Assembly (NCBI GenBank): GCA_024679065.1
Contig: JAGIQG010000020.1
Coordinates: forward strand, 33,852,001-33,916,000
DNA length: 64,000 bases
DNA from: Sphyrna mokarran
Lineage: Eukaryota
Reading direction: 5' to 3'
The notes under the pieces were generated by a model that saw only the letters and a program-made list of their open reading frames with translations, was not told where the DNA came from and did no database searches. Below, piece after piece: positions 26,031-39,381 of the stretch. The position numbers and the translations under genes are program-made. Within the stretch, counting starts at the first letter, position 1. Every line of letters begins with the position of its first letter.

Positions 26031-27509
26031 AATTTTTTCAATACTTCAATGAAGTATTAAAGTTAAAAAGAAAATCAAAAGAAATGCAAAGATTTATCTC
26101 CCTAATGCAGCCAATTATTTTTACTACTTAATTGTTTCTCTCAATAGCCCTTAAGAGCTCTATTAATGCATTTGCAACGCATGGTATATGAAGCCAAGAA
26201 AGTATACTAAATTAAATCAGCTCTTTGCCCTACAGATACAACCAAAACCTGCTGCATATTACTTTAGACATTGCTGCAGTGAAACATTTTGTCATTGCTT
26301 CAGTGCACTGCACCACTCAATCTGTATTTTTCCAGAGATTTTGAAAACCTCCAGTATCATTAGAAATTGTGGCTGAAGCAGCCATACACTGAGCACTTCT
26401 TCACTGTGCCTATCTTATCAATGTGCCTACTCAAATACATCCTTCTCTAAAAGTACAGACAGATAGCAAAAGGGGAGATTGATACCAAATCACAAAGCAC
26501 GGATGCGCAGGAACAGTGGTGGAAGCTGGAATAAAAGCCAGTAGTCCTGTACGAAAGGATGTGTTAGTCATTTCCTTATCCCTTTCCCCACTGCTACATA
26601 CCCTCAGATTTCCAGCTCAGCTCTCTGAGCATAATATATTTATTTCTAGAATCCTTCATGGATGTTCCTAGAAGCTTCCAAAAATTTGCATGAAATAAAG
26701 AAGAATCCTACATCTTCATGCATCAAGTTTTGAGCGACCTTCACGCAGCCTTGGAAAGAATGACAAGGCTGCAGCAATTTTGTCAAAGAGGCCTCACTGA
26801 TCACTCAAGTAGTTGCTATCAGGCTTTAACACTTTTCTCTCATCATTGAGCATGGTTATGATTAGATAGTTCAAACAAAGACCGTATGGTAACAGGGATT
26901 TCAAAGGTGTATTCTGCCTTTTTTCAAGATAGCTGCATTTGCCCATAATGACTACCTAAGAGCTTCAAGGCTGTCCTGACACTAACACTGACCATCTGGG
27001 GTCTGGGTTCATAATGTTTGAGGATCATCCTATTGACAATATCATGTAACAGATACAGTTTAGCTCTTTCTGTGGAGTTCACTTGGAAAGCACAATACAT
27101 GTTATATATCTCAAACACCTTGGTGGTATTAGTTGTATAAATTGAGGTTGATTTCAGGTCACTCCATTCAGCAACTGGTTGTGAGAGGTTTAACATAAGT
27201 TTAACCATCAGAATGTATGGAATAGGGTCAGGGATTAAATTGAAAATTAATCAAAGCTCAACTCTACCTGCTGTGAACACAGATAACTTCTGTTTTAAAC
27301 ATGGAATTTTATTTTGGGAACACAAATAACCAACCTGCTCTGGAAAAGTTGATCCAGGGTTACAAAATGCCAACCTGACTCTGTTCTTCAGGTTTTAATA
27401 ACCAATTTAATTGAACACTGTTGGACCGGGTTTCCTAGGGCTCAGAAAACCAACCAGCCTAAAGGGGGCAGGTGGCAGGGTCCAATAGGTAAATTCTTTT
27501 TCAGCACTG

Positions 27510-27990
27510 ATAGAACATAGAACATAGATCATTACAGCGCAGTACATGCCCTTCGGCTCTTAATGTTGTGCCGACCAATGTAACCAATTTTATGGCCCTC
27601 TAACCTAAACTATTCCAATGCTATCCATATATGTCTATCCATTGCCCATTTGAACGCCCTTAAACTTGACGAGTCCACAACTGCTGCAGGCAGGGCATTC
27701 CACGCCCTTATTACCCTCTGAGTAAAGAACCCACCTCTAGCATCTGTCCTATAACTACCACCCCTTAATTTAAAGCTATGTCCCCTCATGCTATCCATCT
27801 CCATCCGAGGAAAAAGGCTCTCACTATCCACCCTATCTAACCCTCTGATCATCTTATATGTCTCAATTAAGTCACCTCTTAGCCTTCTTCTCTCTAATGA
27901 AAATAACTTCAAGTCCCTTAGCCTTTTCTCATAAGACCTACCCATCATACCGGGCAACATCTTGGTAAACCTCCTCTGCACCCTTTCCAA
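27510..27990 (-). mobile_element. Young CR1 3' fragment
   Basis: Open frame LERVQRRFTKMLPG...RGDLIETYKMIRG...AFKWAMD and a (TTCTATG)n tail. Confidence 0.92.
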
Positions 27991-28039
27991 GGATGGTAGG
28001 TCAGAAGAGATTGATAGCTTCCTTGGCCTCCCCAATAAA

Positions 28040-28425
28040 CATTATGCATATCTAGTCACAACATTGTAGGAAGGAAGTGCTTGCACTGGAGGGGTGCAGA
28101 GGAGATTCACGAGGATGTTGCCAAGGATGGAACATTTAAGTTATAAAGAGAGCTTAGATAGGCTTGGGTTGTTTTCTCTGGAGCAAGAAAGGCTGAGGGG
28201 GTGACTTGATTGCGGGGTGTATGTGTGTGTAAAATTCACTGCCTGGGAGGGTGGAGAAGGTGGGATGCCTCACATCCTTTAAAGAAGTTCCTGGATGAAT
28301 ACTTGGCACGCCGTGACATTCAAGGCTATTGTTCAAGTGCTGGCAAGTAGAATTAATGGGCAGGTCAGGATCTTTCATGCGTCGGTGCAAATTCAATGGG
28401 CTGAAAGACCTCTCCTGTGATTCTG
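28040..28425 (+). mobile_element. CR1 3' fragment
   Basis: gtgcagaggagattcacgaggatgttgcc (VQRRFTRML) and a CR1 tail. Confidence 0.8.
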
Positions 28426-31400
28426 CCATGATTGGCTGATTCACCTTCCCCCCCACAAATTCATTATCTATCCCAGCTCACCTGCAGTTCCTTCCAATTG
28501 ACTGTCCAATTCCCTCTCAACCAAATCCACAGTTTTCAGGTACCCCTTCCTCCTGCCCCCTCCCAATTATCTGACTAACTCCACCAGTTCCTTGCCTCCC
28601 CCAGCCTGAAACATTTCCTGGTTGTTGAAGATTGATGTCAACAATCTCCAGCTAATTTTTTTTTTACTATGTTTGAGTGTCTGGTCAGGTGAGAAAATGA
28701 TAAAGTCCTGTCATTAAATTCACTAGTATATCTGCATTACTGGTATTTCTGTGTTTCTTGCTCACAAACACAACCTCCTGCTCCCTCCCTACCACATGCT
28801 GGGGCCTTATGTTGCCAGAAGAGAAATACTGTAGTGAGGAGGAGTGGACTGTCATTTTTTTGTAATCACTGTTAGAGTGCTATCAACATACTTTGAATAT
28901 ATTTTTAACATAACAGAACATGGAAAGCAGGTGTGGGTGCATTTGCTAATGGTTTGGGAACAGAAGAAGATGACTGAGGACTTTTTTTAAAATCTGTGTG
29001 GGATGGAGCTATGGACAGATGAAAAGAGGGTTTCTGCTCTTTTGTAAGGAACCAGTTGATGCTGAAGACCAGATAAAATCTTTGTTTATTCTTTACAGGA
29101 TGTGAGTTTCACTGTCAAGGCCAGTATTTACTTCCTATCCCTAACTGCCTTTGAACTAAGTCATTTCAGAGAGTAATTAAAATTCATCCACATTACAGTG
29201 CATCTGGAGTCACGTGTAGGCCAGCCAGGTAGCAATGGCAGATTTACTTCAAAGAACGTTAGTGAATTAGATGAGCTTTTACAACATTCAACAATAGTTC
29301 CATGGTTACATTACCTAGACTGGCTTTATATTCCAGATTTATTAACAGAATTCCAAATCATTAGCCTGCTCCTCTGGATTACTAATCCCATGACGTTACC
29401 ACTATGGCACTGTCTCCCTCCCTTCAACAGCTATTATGGGTTTTTAGTTGATGCTCCTCTCTCACTTCAAATAAACTTCCAAAAGGCAGAGATCCATTGT
29501 ATTGAAAGTGCCTCCTTCAGTTACCCAAAAAAGTGAACTACATTTTCCAGTAAGTACAGGGACAGCAAACTCATTTTTAATTTCTAAAGTTTCTTAACAG
29601 TATTAATCTGGCCCTTTACCACATCATCTAAACAGTGGATTTTGAAACAGTAATACTGGGCTTTAATAACCTGCACCAGCTACTATTTACAGGCAATCTG
29701 TATAGATCAGCAGTAGATTTGCTTCATTCCAAGTAGGTTTGAGGAAGATTAAAATGTGTGAGAAAATGTCAGGGAGGTTATGGATTGCACAGCTTGAGCT
29801 AATGACAGTAGAGACAACAACCAGAGCTTTATATCTTCCCCATCGAGTGGGCTGTCCCTTCTGCTGAGTACTCTGGGCCCCTGTTGGAATGCTTCTACAT
29901 CCTTTCTCCGGGGCTTGACTGACTTATCTCGAACTGCAGCCGTCAGCTCCTGCTCTGGGGAATGAATTTAATTTCCACAGCAGCCTCAGTCCTGGGTAGG
30001 ACTGCTGAGACTGAGAGCTAGTGGTCTTCTAGAACATCCTACCTCCTGGGGGCTGGGGCAGCAATATTATTATATTATTATAATGTATGCTCCAAATGCT
30101 TGAATTTTGTAGTAGGGACAAATGGCTTCCTCATCCTGACATGTCTATCTCCCCATTGCTCACAGCTTTATTGTTCAAATTGTGGATCTCATGTTTCTAG
30201 ACTATAAATCAACCGCAGTTAAAACTTTGCTTGGTAGATTTTTTTTTAGTGAAATTCCAAAATGAACCTAGAAGAGCAGAATCAATGTAGGCAAAAATAA
30301 GAACCTTCCTTTCAATATTAGCTTTGGAGAATGAATCATTTCAGAATCAATTAAATGGTATTTTTAAGTGTTGGTACCACTTCTTTGTCAAGTAATAGCA
30401 AAAACCATTCTCTGCCATGGAAACCAGTTAAAAAAACAAATGTCATTAAGAAGCAACGTCCACAAGAGGCACTGGAGACACTGTTGTTGCTAAATCTGCC
30501 AATAGATTAAATTGGGGCAATTCATCTCCAGGATACTACACCACCCGTGCAACTCTGAGAGGTAGAATATTATGTTGCTGAGCAACAGTAAGCTTTTCCA
30601 AACTCAAAATTTATACACATTAATCCTGCTACTTAGCATGTGTTACTTCAACTGCTCTTGACCCTGATGGAAAATTGAGCAAAGAGACTGTATACAAATG
30701 AGCCTCATTTTTCTGAAGAGAACAGTTTTGGGAAATAGTTTGTCTGTTTTCAAACTATGTTTTATGTTGATAGATTCTCATTGCACGTATGAAAATACAA
30801 GCATTAGATAAGAAATAATAATGTTGATAAATAAGATATTAATATCAAATAGATATGGAATAAAACAACTCGCCATTCAATACGCAAGGACAACTGAGCA
30901 CTTCACAAATAGAACTGAAGGCAAACGAACAGGAAATGATGGGATTTGGGATGGAGAAGGGGAGACCAAAGACACAGTCAAAAGGATAAGTGTGTAGGAG
31001 GTATGGGGCCTAATTTTCCAATGGCACTGGACTGGGATATGAGCCAGATGGGCCTGAAATTTCCTACCAGCAGCAAGTCTTCTGCCATGATCCTGCTTCC
31101 GGGCCATTTTCATCCTGGGAGGCTTACAGAGGTTTTGGCTATTGACCTGCAAGGGGCAGGTAGCTTATTAAGCCAGCTAAATGGTTTAAGGCCACTCAGC
31201 AGAAGCCAACTGGAATATTTCAGTTGAAATTCAGGCTTCTCATCGAGGGCAAAGCATGGCCATGGGATCGAAATGGACTCCTAACATGATGTCGTGGATG
31301 ATTCAAGGGGCAATGAGAAGGAAGGAGGCCAGCATTCCATCTGCCTATCCACTCCACCATAGTCCATCGGGCCACAGCTTTAGGCATTGATCAGTGGAGA

Positions 31401-31462
31401 AGTTACCCCTCCACAATGACAGCATAGTAAACTGTGGCTTTTATATTGTTCAGAATATTTTT

Positions 31463-31960
31463 ATAGAATCCCTACAGTGCAGAAAAAGGCCATTCGACCC
31501 AGAACCTGCACTAACAACAATGCCATCCAGGTCCTATCCCTATAACCCTAAGTATTTATTCTATTAATCCCTCTGAAAGTAAATGGCAATATAGTATGGC
31601 CAATTCACCTAACTTGCACATCTTTGGACTGTGGGAGGAAATCCAAACAGACATGGGGACAGCATGCAAATTCCACAGTCATCTGAAGCCGGAATTGAAT
31701 GATGTAGAGATGCCGGCGTTGGACTGGGGTAAACACAGTAAGAAGTCTGACAACACCAGGTTTAAATCCAACCAATTTATTTGATAGTTACTATTTGATA
31801 GTAAACTATCAAATTTGATAGTTCATTATCAAATAGTTTGCGAGTTTACAGTCAAATAAATCGGTTGGATTTAAACTTGATGTTGTCAGACTTCTTACTG
31901 CCGGAATTGAACCCAGGTCCCTGGTATTGAGAGGCAGCAGCGCTAACTACTCTGCCACCC
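31463..31960 (-). mobile_element. HE1-like V-SINE split by a Penelope-derived insertion
   Basis: tRNA-like head at 31900-31960; V-domain and tail at 31463-31699. Confidence 0.8.
31700..31899. mobile_element. Penelope-derived foldback element
   Basis: Inverted arms (cagtaagaagtctgacaacaccagg.../...tgttgtcagacttcttactg) and a perfect 12-bp TSD gccggaattgaa at 31688-31699 and 31900-31911. Confidence 0.85.
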
Positions 31961-33161
31961 ATAAAATTTTAAAATATCCATCTTAAAATGTTCTTTGATA
32001 TTCCACCCCTAAATTAGCAGTTTCTATCTCCAATTGTGGGATTGCGATGCGGTGTTGCCCTTCAACCTCAGGTGCTCGCCTGCCATTTTTGATTCGTCTG
32101 TTCTTTAAAAATCACATCTGGTGCCAAAAATCACACCTGGTGTTGGGTGCTATCACAATGCAGAATCAGAAACTAGAATTCATCAAATTCTACAAAAATT
32201 CTTGACCACAGAACAAAATTTCAGCCCATGGAATCATGTAACACAGCAGCCATGATTTCACTGAATGGCAGCAGAACAGGCTCAACAGGCTTAAGTAGCT
32301 GAAGTGCCCTACCTTGTGTTCCTATACGAAAAACATCACTGTCTTTTTAAGGGGAGCTCTGTAGGAAGATAACTTGAGAGGGAAAAAAAAGCAGACTCAT
32401 TCCATTAATGGATTTTGTGGCTCAATATGTCTGAGCCATACAAACCAAAAGAATTCCAGCTTCTGTGCGGTGTATTTAGCACTGATCTCTTAGTGCCTCC
32501 TGTTAACAGTGGGAAAAAAAAAATCAGCGTGGGTTGCCATGATATTCAGTGGCTCTTGTTGCAATGTGCACAAGTGTGGGCAGCACAGGGCTTAGCTTTA
32601 ATATCGCTGCTGGTCAGATGTGTTTAGATTTTTATTTAAATTTCAATGAATTATTTGTTTTCATCAAGTGAAGGATATTAAAGCTGAGGAGTAGACCCTA
32701 TTCCATTTCAGACTTCCAGCACTCCTGCCAATCACATTGTTCCTAATGGTGTCACGTATTTCCTGGGAGAGTAAAAAGTCCATTATTGGCACCTGCCTTA
32801 GAAGGTACTACCTTTATTACTCCACTGTCCACTTCAGATAGCTAATGGTATTTCTGAGTAGGATTGCAAAACTCATACAAAATTAGGACGTATGTTGAAG
32901 ATTAGGTGGAGACTGACCAAGTTTTGTTGACACAAAATTCTTATGGACAACACACACTAAGTTCCCTTTGTGCCCAAAATCATTTACTCTCAATTCTGAG
33001 TATACTCAATAACCAAATACCCATCATCTCCTGAGATACACTTCAAAAATTCATATAATCTTCTGACAGAAGGATATTTCCCTCATTCTCAGCTCTAAAT
33101 GGTCAATACCTTATTCTGAGATTTGAACCCCTAGTTTACATTGGCCAGCCAGATGTCTTAC

Positions 33162-33235
33162 CTCTTCATAAAACTTCAGCTGGGGAACGGCTTCATCAAT
33201 TTCATTCAGACAGAAATCTTTAAAGAGCAAAAATC
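33162..33235 (-). CDS. GRK3: GRK3 coding exon (equivalent to human exon 3), RH/RGS-homology domain
   Basis: 74-bp exon, cag/gtaaga sites. Translates (G)[24 protein letters not shown]; the residues resemble GRK3 rather than GRK2. Confidence 0.95.
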
Positions 33236-33532
33236 CTGAAAAACAAAATGCAAGAAGCATTGTTATTTGAAAAATAATAAAAACACCTGTAAGCCGCACA
33301 TCGCCATTGCTGATGTCACACAACTGTTCAATACACTCATTACATAATGTGCCACCATGCCGCCCAACCCTCATTTATTTTAAGGTGTTATTGAGTTTAC
33401 ATTAAAAGATTTGAAATGTTATTGTCACATATATCAGTATACAGTGAAATGAACTGTTTTTTGCGTGCTAAGAACTCAGTAAGAATTTAGCAATACCAAT
33501 TTTTAATCCAACCGATTTATTTGATAGTAAAA

Positions 33533-33569
33533 TTGCGAGCTTTCAACACTCCATGTCTTCCTCAGGCAA
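33533..33569 (-). ncRNA. Minimal type I hammerhead ribozyme motif (mirror copy, sense in GRK3 pre-mRNA)
   Basis: Minus strand reads TTGC-CTGAGGA-A-GACAT gga GTGTT-GAAA-GC-TC-GCAA. Confidence 0.75.
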
Positions 33570-33597
33570 ATGCAGTGTTGCATTTGCAGTGTTGCAT

Positions 33598-33634
33598 TTG
33601 CCTGAGGAAGACACGGAGTGTTGAAAGCTCGCAA
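33598..33634 (+). ncRNA. Minimal type I hammerhead ribozyme motif
   Basis: TTGC-CTGAGGA-A-GACAC gga GTGTT-GAAA-GC-TC-GCAA: stem I, conserved core, stem II, AGCT palindromic stem III and CUC cleavage triplet. Confidence 0.8.
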
Positions 33635-34254
33635 TTTTACTATCAAATAAATCGGTTGGATTAAAAATTGGTGTTGCTAAATTCTTACTGAGTTCTTACC
33701 ACCCCAATCCAACGCCGGCATCTTTACATCTTGCGTGCTTTACAGACAAACATACTGTTCATACAGAAGGAAATGAGAGAGTGCACAATGTAGTGTTACG
33801 GTCATGGCTGGGGAGCAGAGAAAGATCAATTTAATGCAAGGTACGTCCATTCAAAAGTCTGATGGCAGCAGGGAAGTTAGTTTGTGCATGACCTCAAGTT
33901 TTTGTATCTTTTTTCCGACATAAGAAGGTGGAAGAGAGAATGTCCAAAATGTGTGGGGTCCTTAATCATGCTGGCTGTTTTGCCAAGGCAGCAGGAAATG
34001 TAGATAGTTAATGGATGGGAGGCTGCTTTACGTGATGGATTGGGCTACATTCGTGACCTTTTGTAGTTCCTTACGGTCTTGTGCAGAGCAAGAACCATAC
34101 TAAGTTGTGATACAACCGGAAAGAATGCTTTCTATGATGCATCTTAAAATTTGGAGAGTTGTACTGACATATCGAATTTCCTTAGTCTTCTCAGAAATAG
34201 AAGTGTTGGTGGGCTTTCTTAACTATAGTGTTGGCATGAGGGGACCAGGACAGA

Positions 34255-34570
34255 TCATAGATTCCTACAGTACAAAATGCCATTCAGCCCATCGAGTCTA
34301 CACCGACCACAATTCCACCCAGACCCTATCCCCATAACTCTATGCATTTACCCTAGCTAGTCTCCCCAATACTAAGGGGCAACGTTAGCATGGCTAATCC
34401 ACCTAAACCACACATCTTTGAACTGTGGGAGGAAACTGAGCACCTGGACGAAATCCACACAGTCACAGGGAGAATGTGCAGACTCCACACAGACAGTTAC
34501 CCAAGCTGAGAAGCGAACCCGGGTCTCTGGTGCTGAGAGACAGCAATGCTAAACATTGTGTCACCGTGCT
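34255..34570 (-). mobile_element. HE1-like V-SINE
   Basis: tRNA-like head with box B, V-domain and CR1-type tail. Confidence 0.85.
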
Positions 34571-36970
34571 GCAGGTTGTTGGTTATCTGGACACTTAAAA
34601 ACTTGAAAATTTCGACTATTTCTACTTCATCCCCATTGATGTAGACAGGGGCATGTTCTCCACCAAGCCTTCTGAAGTCGAAGACAATTTCCTTTTTTTG
34701 ATAATTAGGGAGAGATTATTATCATCGCACCAATTCACCAGATTCTCTATCTCATTCCTGTACTCTGTCTTTGTCATTGTTTGAGATCTGACTCACTATA
34801 TTGGGGCCAGCAGCAAACTTGAAAATTCAGTCGGAGGGGAATTTGACCACACAGTCATAGGTGTATATGGAGTATAGTGGGGTGGGGGGGCGGTGCTGAG
34901 AACACAGCCTTGTGGGGGTACCGGTGTTGAGGATGATATAAATGAGTTAGTGCCTCTGCACATCCCAGAATTTTGTTCGCTCCACCAAAAGCAGATAGAT
35001 GGATGTCTTTTCAGCTGCCTAGATCTTATGTTCTAGAACTATCTTCCTGAAACCTTCCACCTCTACTCCTTTTAGGATACTCTTTAAAACCTCTAGCTTT
35101 GATCAAGTATTTGGTCACCCATCGTAACATTTGATCTGTGACCAGTTGTCAAATGTTGTCTGATTAACACTTCTGTCAAGTATAGATACATTTTACTGCA
35201 TTAAAGATGTAATATAGATGCCAGGTTATTTCTGTTATAATGATTCATGCTGAGTTTGGTACGTGCAGAGTAAGTAACTCCATGGAAAGCTCACTAATGT
35301 AACTTCCTCCCTTGTGCTTCTAAAAAAAAGTTTTAAATGCATCACACTTCTCTGCCTTATTCTATCAATAAATGCCAAAACGTTTGTGTTGGGAATCTGC
35401 CCCAAATGTGATAGATGCAAGGCCAGTTCAGAGACAATCAGAACAATAGTTTTTCTGCCTCACTTCTGAATTGACTAACTTGCCAGTTTCCTTGCATAAC
35501 ATTAACACACCATGAAGCAAGAATAGAAAAGATAATTTTGATTGGATAAGTCACAAGTGTGGATTCGGTTCAAACAGAAACAATAAGAATTCCATTACTA
35601 TAGCAATTAAAAGAAAGGAAGTGGAAAGAACAATCTTATCAGACAAAAACTCTTAAAGCACAAAGTTACGACGAGTATATCACTATAATTACTGGTGCAA
35701 GCCCAACTTAGTGTTTAAAGTCAAATTGTGGGAAAATGAAATTTGAAGGAAAACTTCACCTGGGTCCTGTGTTCAACCAGGCGATAGATGGTGTAACTGT
35801 TCATAAGGTGTGAGCTGGTTTAAAAAAATTTTGCCCTCATTCTTTGATTATAGTTCACAAACAATTCTATGCATGTTACTGCATTTCCTCTTACACATGA
35901 AGCATCGTGTGCTTGTTGGATCACATGCTGTGTTTCTTATGAACACTACCGCCTTTCAGTCTTGTCACAAAGAAGGAGGAAAATCAAAAATAATCAGCTT
36001 CACAGCATCCCACTCACTCTCCCAAGCCTCAACCAACAAACATACACTACTCAATCTTCAGAAATCCTGAAACAGAACTGCAAAGGCCTGAGAACAGTTT
36101 GCACACCTGCTGCCAATAGGACACAGTACAAGGTTAGCTAAGAGGAAATACCATAGCAAAAAAAAAGTATGAAAATCTACCATGTTGGAATATAATTAAG
36201 TAGGCAGGTTAAGCCATCACAAAGCAAAATCACAAGAAAGTACAACGTTGTTCCCTGTTTTCACAGTAAGTGGACTGAATCAGGCACCGAAAGTTATTCT
36301 GGGTTTAACCAGAATATTCAAAATTGGAGAAGTTTATTTGTGGTAGAAGGAAGCACCAGAACAGCTATAAGAACGTTACCACAAATAAATAGAAAGAACA
36401 ACAAAACAAGTTGATTTCAGTACAAACCTGCTGTCAATGTTTCTGTCCTTAGTTTCTGATCATAAGCTGCTTTTGACTATTATTTTTGAACTTTACAACC
36501 GAACAACAAAGGAACAAAAATATTATGATGTTGACGTTCACTACAAATATGAGGATTATTCAGCACGTCGATACCAACATGTCATAGCAAAAAAACTCAG
36601 TTGAGTGCAGACTGACGTTCATAAACTCAAATCTTTCTCACTACAGGTAATGAAATTGGGCTAACACTACATTACCCTCGCATTATATCATTCTAGATAA
36701 TTTCAACTGGATACAACGGGCAGGAATTTCCAGCTGCGCTTGCCCCAAGATCAGAAAATTCCGCCTCAGGTCAACAGATCTCTGCGTGGTCTGCTCCCTC
36801 CCCCCCCCTCCCCCCAACTATGATTTCCTTGGTGTTGGGACAGGAAGATTCTACATAAATTCTCAAAATGTAAAATGGTTAATAATTTTGGTTGCTGTTT
36901 TTAATATTTCAAATCTGTATAATATGAAAATTTCACATGTCCACCATGTTATTATTTGGTGGTAGAGAAT

Positions 36971-37310
36971 TTGACTATTGTTGAAACACAAACTTTTTTT
37001 TTCAGTTTTTTGTCCTGATTTATCAGGAAAGTTTGCAAGAATGCGAATGAGAGAGGAAATAAATGTATTCTGCATGAGAGTGCTGATTGGTTAGCAAGTA
37101 TACTCTGATTGATAGAAGCATGCTTTCAACTGTTGCATTATCCATAGCAACATCTGTACCAAACTGAGCTCACTTGTCAACCAATCAGCATTCTCTTCTC
37201 ATACAGTATAAATGTGTTGTTTCTCCTGATAATGGAACTCCTGCAAACTGGCCTGATGTGTGCAATAGAAAAAGTTCTGATAAAAAAGTTTTTGTTTTCA
37301 GAAATTATCA
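36971..37310. repeat. Old degenerate palindrome with ~150-bp arms
   Basis: tgctgattggttagcaagt pairs with acttgtcaaccaatcagca; atcaggaaagtttgcaag pairs with cctgcaaactggcctgat. Confidence 0.7.
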
Positions 37311-38149
37311 TTGATGACCAAGTATGGAACCAAGTATTGGTGGATACTATCTATATTGTATAGGCAGGCAGATCAAAGGTAGGAAATTTGTTCTGAGTCA
37401 GGATTTCATTTCTAAGAAACAGTCCATAAAAATTACATTGTTAATGATTATAAATCAAAACTGCAGAAAATGCATGATCCAATAAAAAGGATGCCGTTTT
37501 TTGTGTGATAATCTCTAGAAGCGGCACAGCACAGGAAGGAGGTCATGTAATGCTAAGTGACTGAAGAATGCATTACAGATTCTGGTTTCAGTGTGTGACG
37601 GGTTTCACTGTGACAGATTAATGTAATATTATCAGCACTAGAAAATCCCACAACTGAGAACAGAGTGATTTCATTCTCCCGCAGGCCTATACTTGCCTTT
37701 ACTGTTGAGTTGATCAGTAGGGACTCCACTTCTGAAATAATTATGTGAACAGTGTGAAGATGGGCATATTCCCAACTGGATATTCTTCAACTCAATGTGT
37801 TGGCATTGGGATTACTAATTAAATGATGAGCACACTGAACGTGCAACATAGGGAGAAAGATTTCCCCAATGTGTGTGTGTGCCATTTCCCTACACAGTCA
37901 GAGATGGCAGGTACTCTGGCATGGGCCAAGCAGTCACAGACACAAATAACTTGCCTAGTTCAAATAGAGACAAAACTGGTAAGCAAACAGGTGAGCAGGT
38001 ACAATCATGGACACTGACATAGGCAGAAACATTCTGACAACCTGCCTGATTAATCTTTGCAATCAATGAAAACAGCTCCTCTGATTCACGTAATACTACT
38101 CTGGCTTCTTCCAGCACATGATGCACAACTTGCCAAATTCAAACACCTC

Positions 38150-39381
38150 ATTGCTAGCATAATACTTTTGCCCTGAGAGCTTATGAAATGAAGAATAGAG
38201 TGCTTTTGAAAAATGAGGTGACTGCATCTCTGGAAGGGAACATATGAAACTTGAAAAAATATTATACACTATGGTAGTAAGAATAAAGGAACTGAATATT
38301 ATTTAAATGAAGAAATATGCATAAAGCTGCAGCTCAGAGGGATTTGGGGATTTTCATGCATAAATCAGAAAAGGCTAACATGCAAATTCAGCAGTTAGTA
38401 GGGAAGGCAAATGGAATATTGTCCTTTATTTCAAAATAATTGAAGTACATAAATAGGGAAGTCTTGCTAAAACTGTACAAAATACTAGTTGGACTACACC
38501 TGGAATATTATGAACAGTTCTGATCCTCTTATCCAAGAAAAAATATACTGGCATTGGATGCAGTCCAGAGAATGTTCACTATGTTGATCCTGAGTATGGA
38601 AGGATTTTTTTTAAATGAGAAGTTGAGTAGTTTAGGGCTGTACTCATAGGTGTTTAGGGGTATACAGAAATCTTATTGAGACATAGATTCTCTGAGGGCT
38701 TGATAGATAGAGAGATTATTTCCCCTTGTGGGACAGTCCACAATTAGAGGGTGTTATCTCAAAGTAAGGGGTTACTCATTTAAGACAGAGCTGAGGAGAA
38801 ATTTCTTCTCTCAGTAGGTAGTGAGTCTGTGGATTTTTTTTTTATAGAGGGCTGGGTTAAATATTTTAATCAGCAAGGATTATGGGGAGAAGGCAAGAAA
38901 GTGGAGTTGAGAATATCGTATCAGATCAGTTATGATCTCATCAAATGGTACTACAGACTCGGTGAGCCAAATGGTCTACTTGTGCTCTCACGTCTTATGA
39001 TCTTACCTACCAACAGTTAAAGAATCAAGGGATATGGGCATAGGGCAGGAAAGTGGAGTTGAGGTATCAGATCAGCCATGATTTTATTAGAAGTCTCACA
39101 ACACCAGGTTAAAGTCCCAACAGGTTATTTGGAATCACGAGCTTTCAGTGCACTGTTCTTTCAACAAGGGAGTAGCTCACTTACTTATTGAAGGAGCAGT
39201 GCTCCAAAAGCTCGTGATTCCAAATAATCCTGTGGGGGCTTTAACCTGATGTTGTGAGACTTCTAACCATGCTCACCACAGTCCAATGCTGGCATTGCCA
39301 CATCATGCTTTTATTAAGTAGCAGAGCAGACTCAGGGGGCTTTTTGAGCTAATTCTGCTCCCATATCTTATGTTCTTTATG
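38150..39381 (+). mobile_element. CR1 3' fragment(s)
   Basis: Decayed PHLEY, VQRxFT and RRNFFSQ regions; tcttatg tails. Confidence 0.8.
39090..39303. mobile_element. Penelope-derived foldback element with decayed hammerhead cores
   Basis: Arms aagtctcacaacaccaggttaaag and ctttaacctgatgttgtgagactt; 13-bp TSD catg(a/c)ttttatta; core remnant TGA-A-GGAGC agt GCTCC-aAAA-GC-TC-gtga. Confidence 0.8.

Larger units (their letters stand above)
33470..33730. mobile_element. Penelope-derived palindromic element with hammerhead ribozyme cores on both strands
   Basis: 105-bp arms (33470-33574 and 33593-33697) with 2 mismatches; 9-bp TSD ttgcgtgct. Confidence 0.88.
33407..34938 (-). mobile_element. Rex1/Babar LINE, 5'-truncated, with nested Penelope-derived element and SINE
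   Basis: RT remnants ILNTGT-PQGCVLS, LYSIYTYDC and FKFA at 34810-34938. Confidence 0.8.

Noticed and set aside
35235-35420. RIRQRSVMH as GRK3 exon 2 (IRSVMQKYL)
   Set aside because: Only four residues match, with no following KYL...KIFNQKIG and no suitable splice sites.
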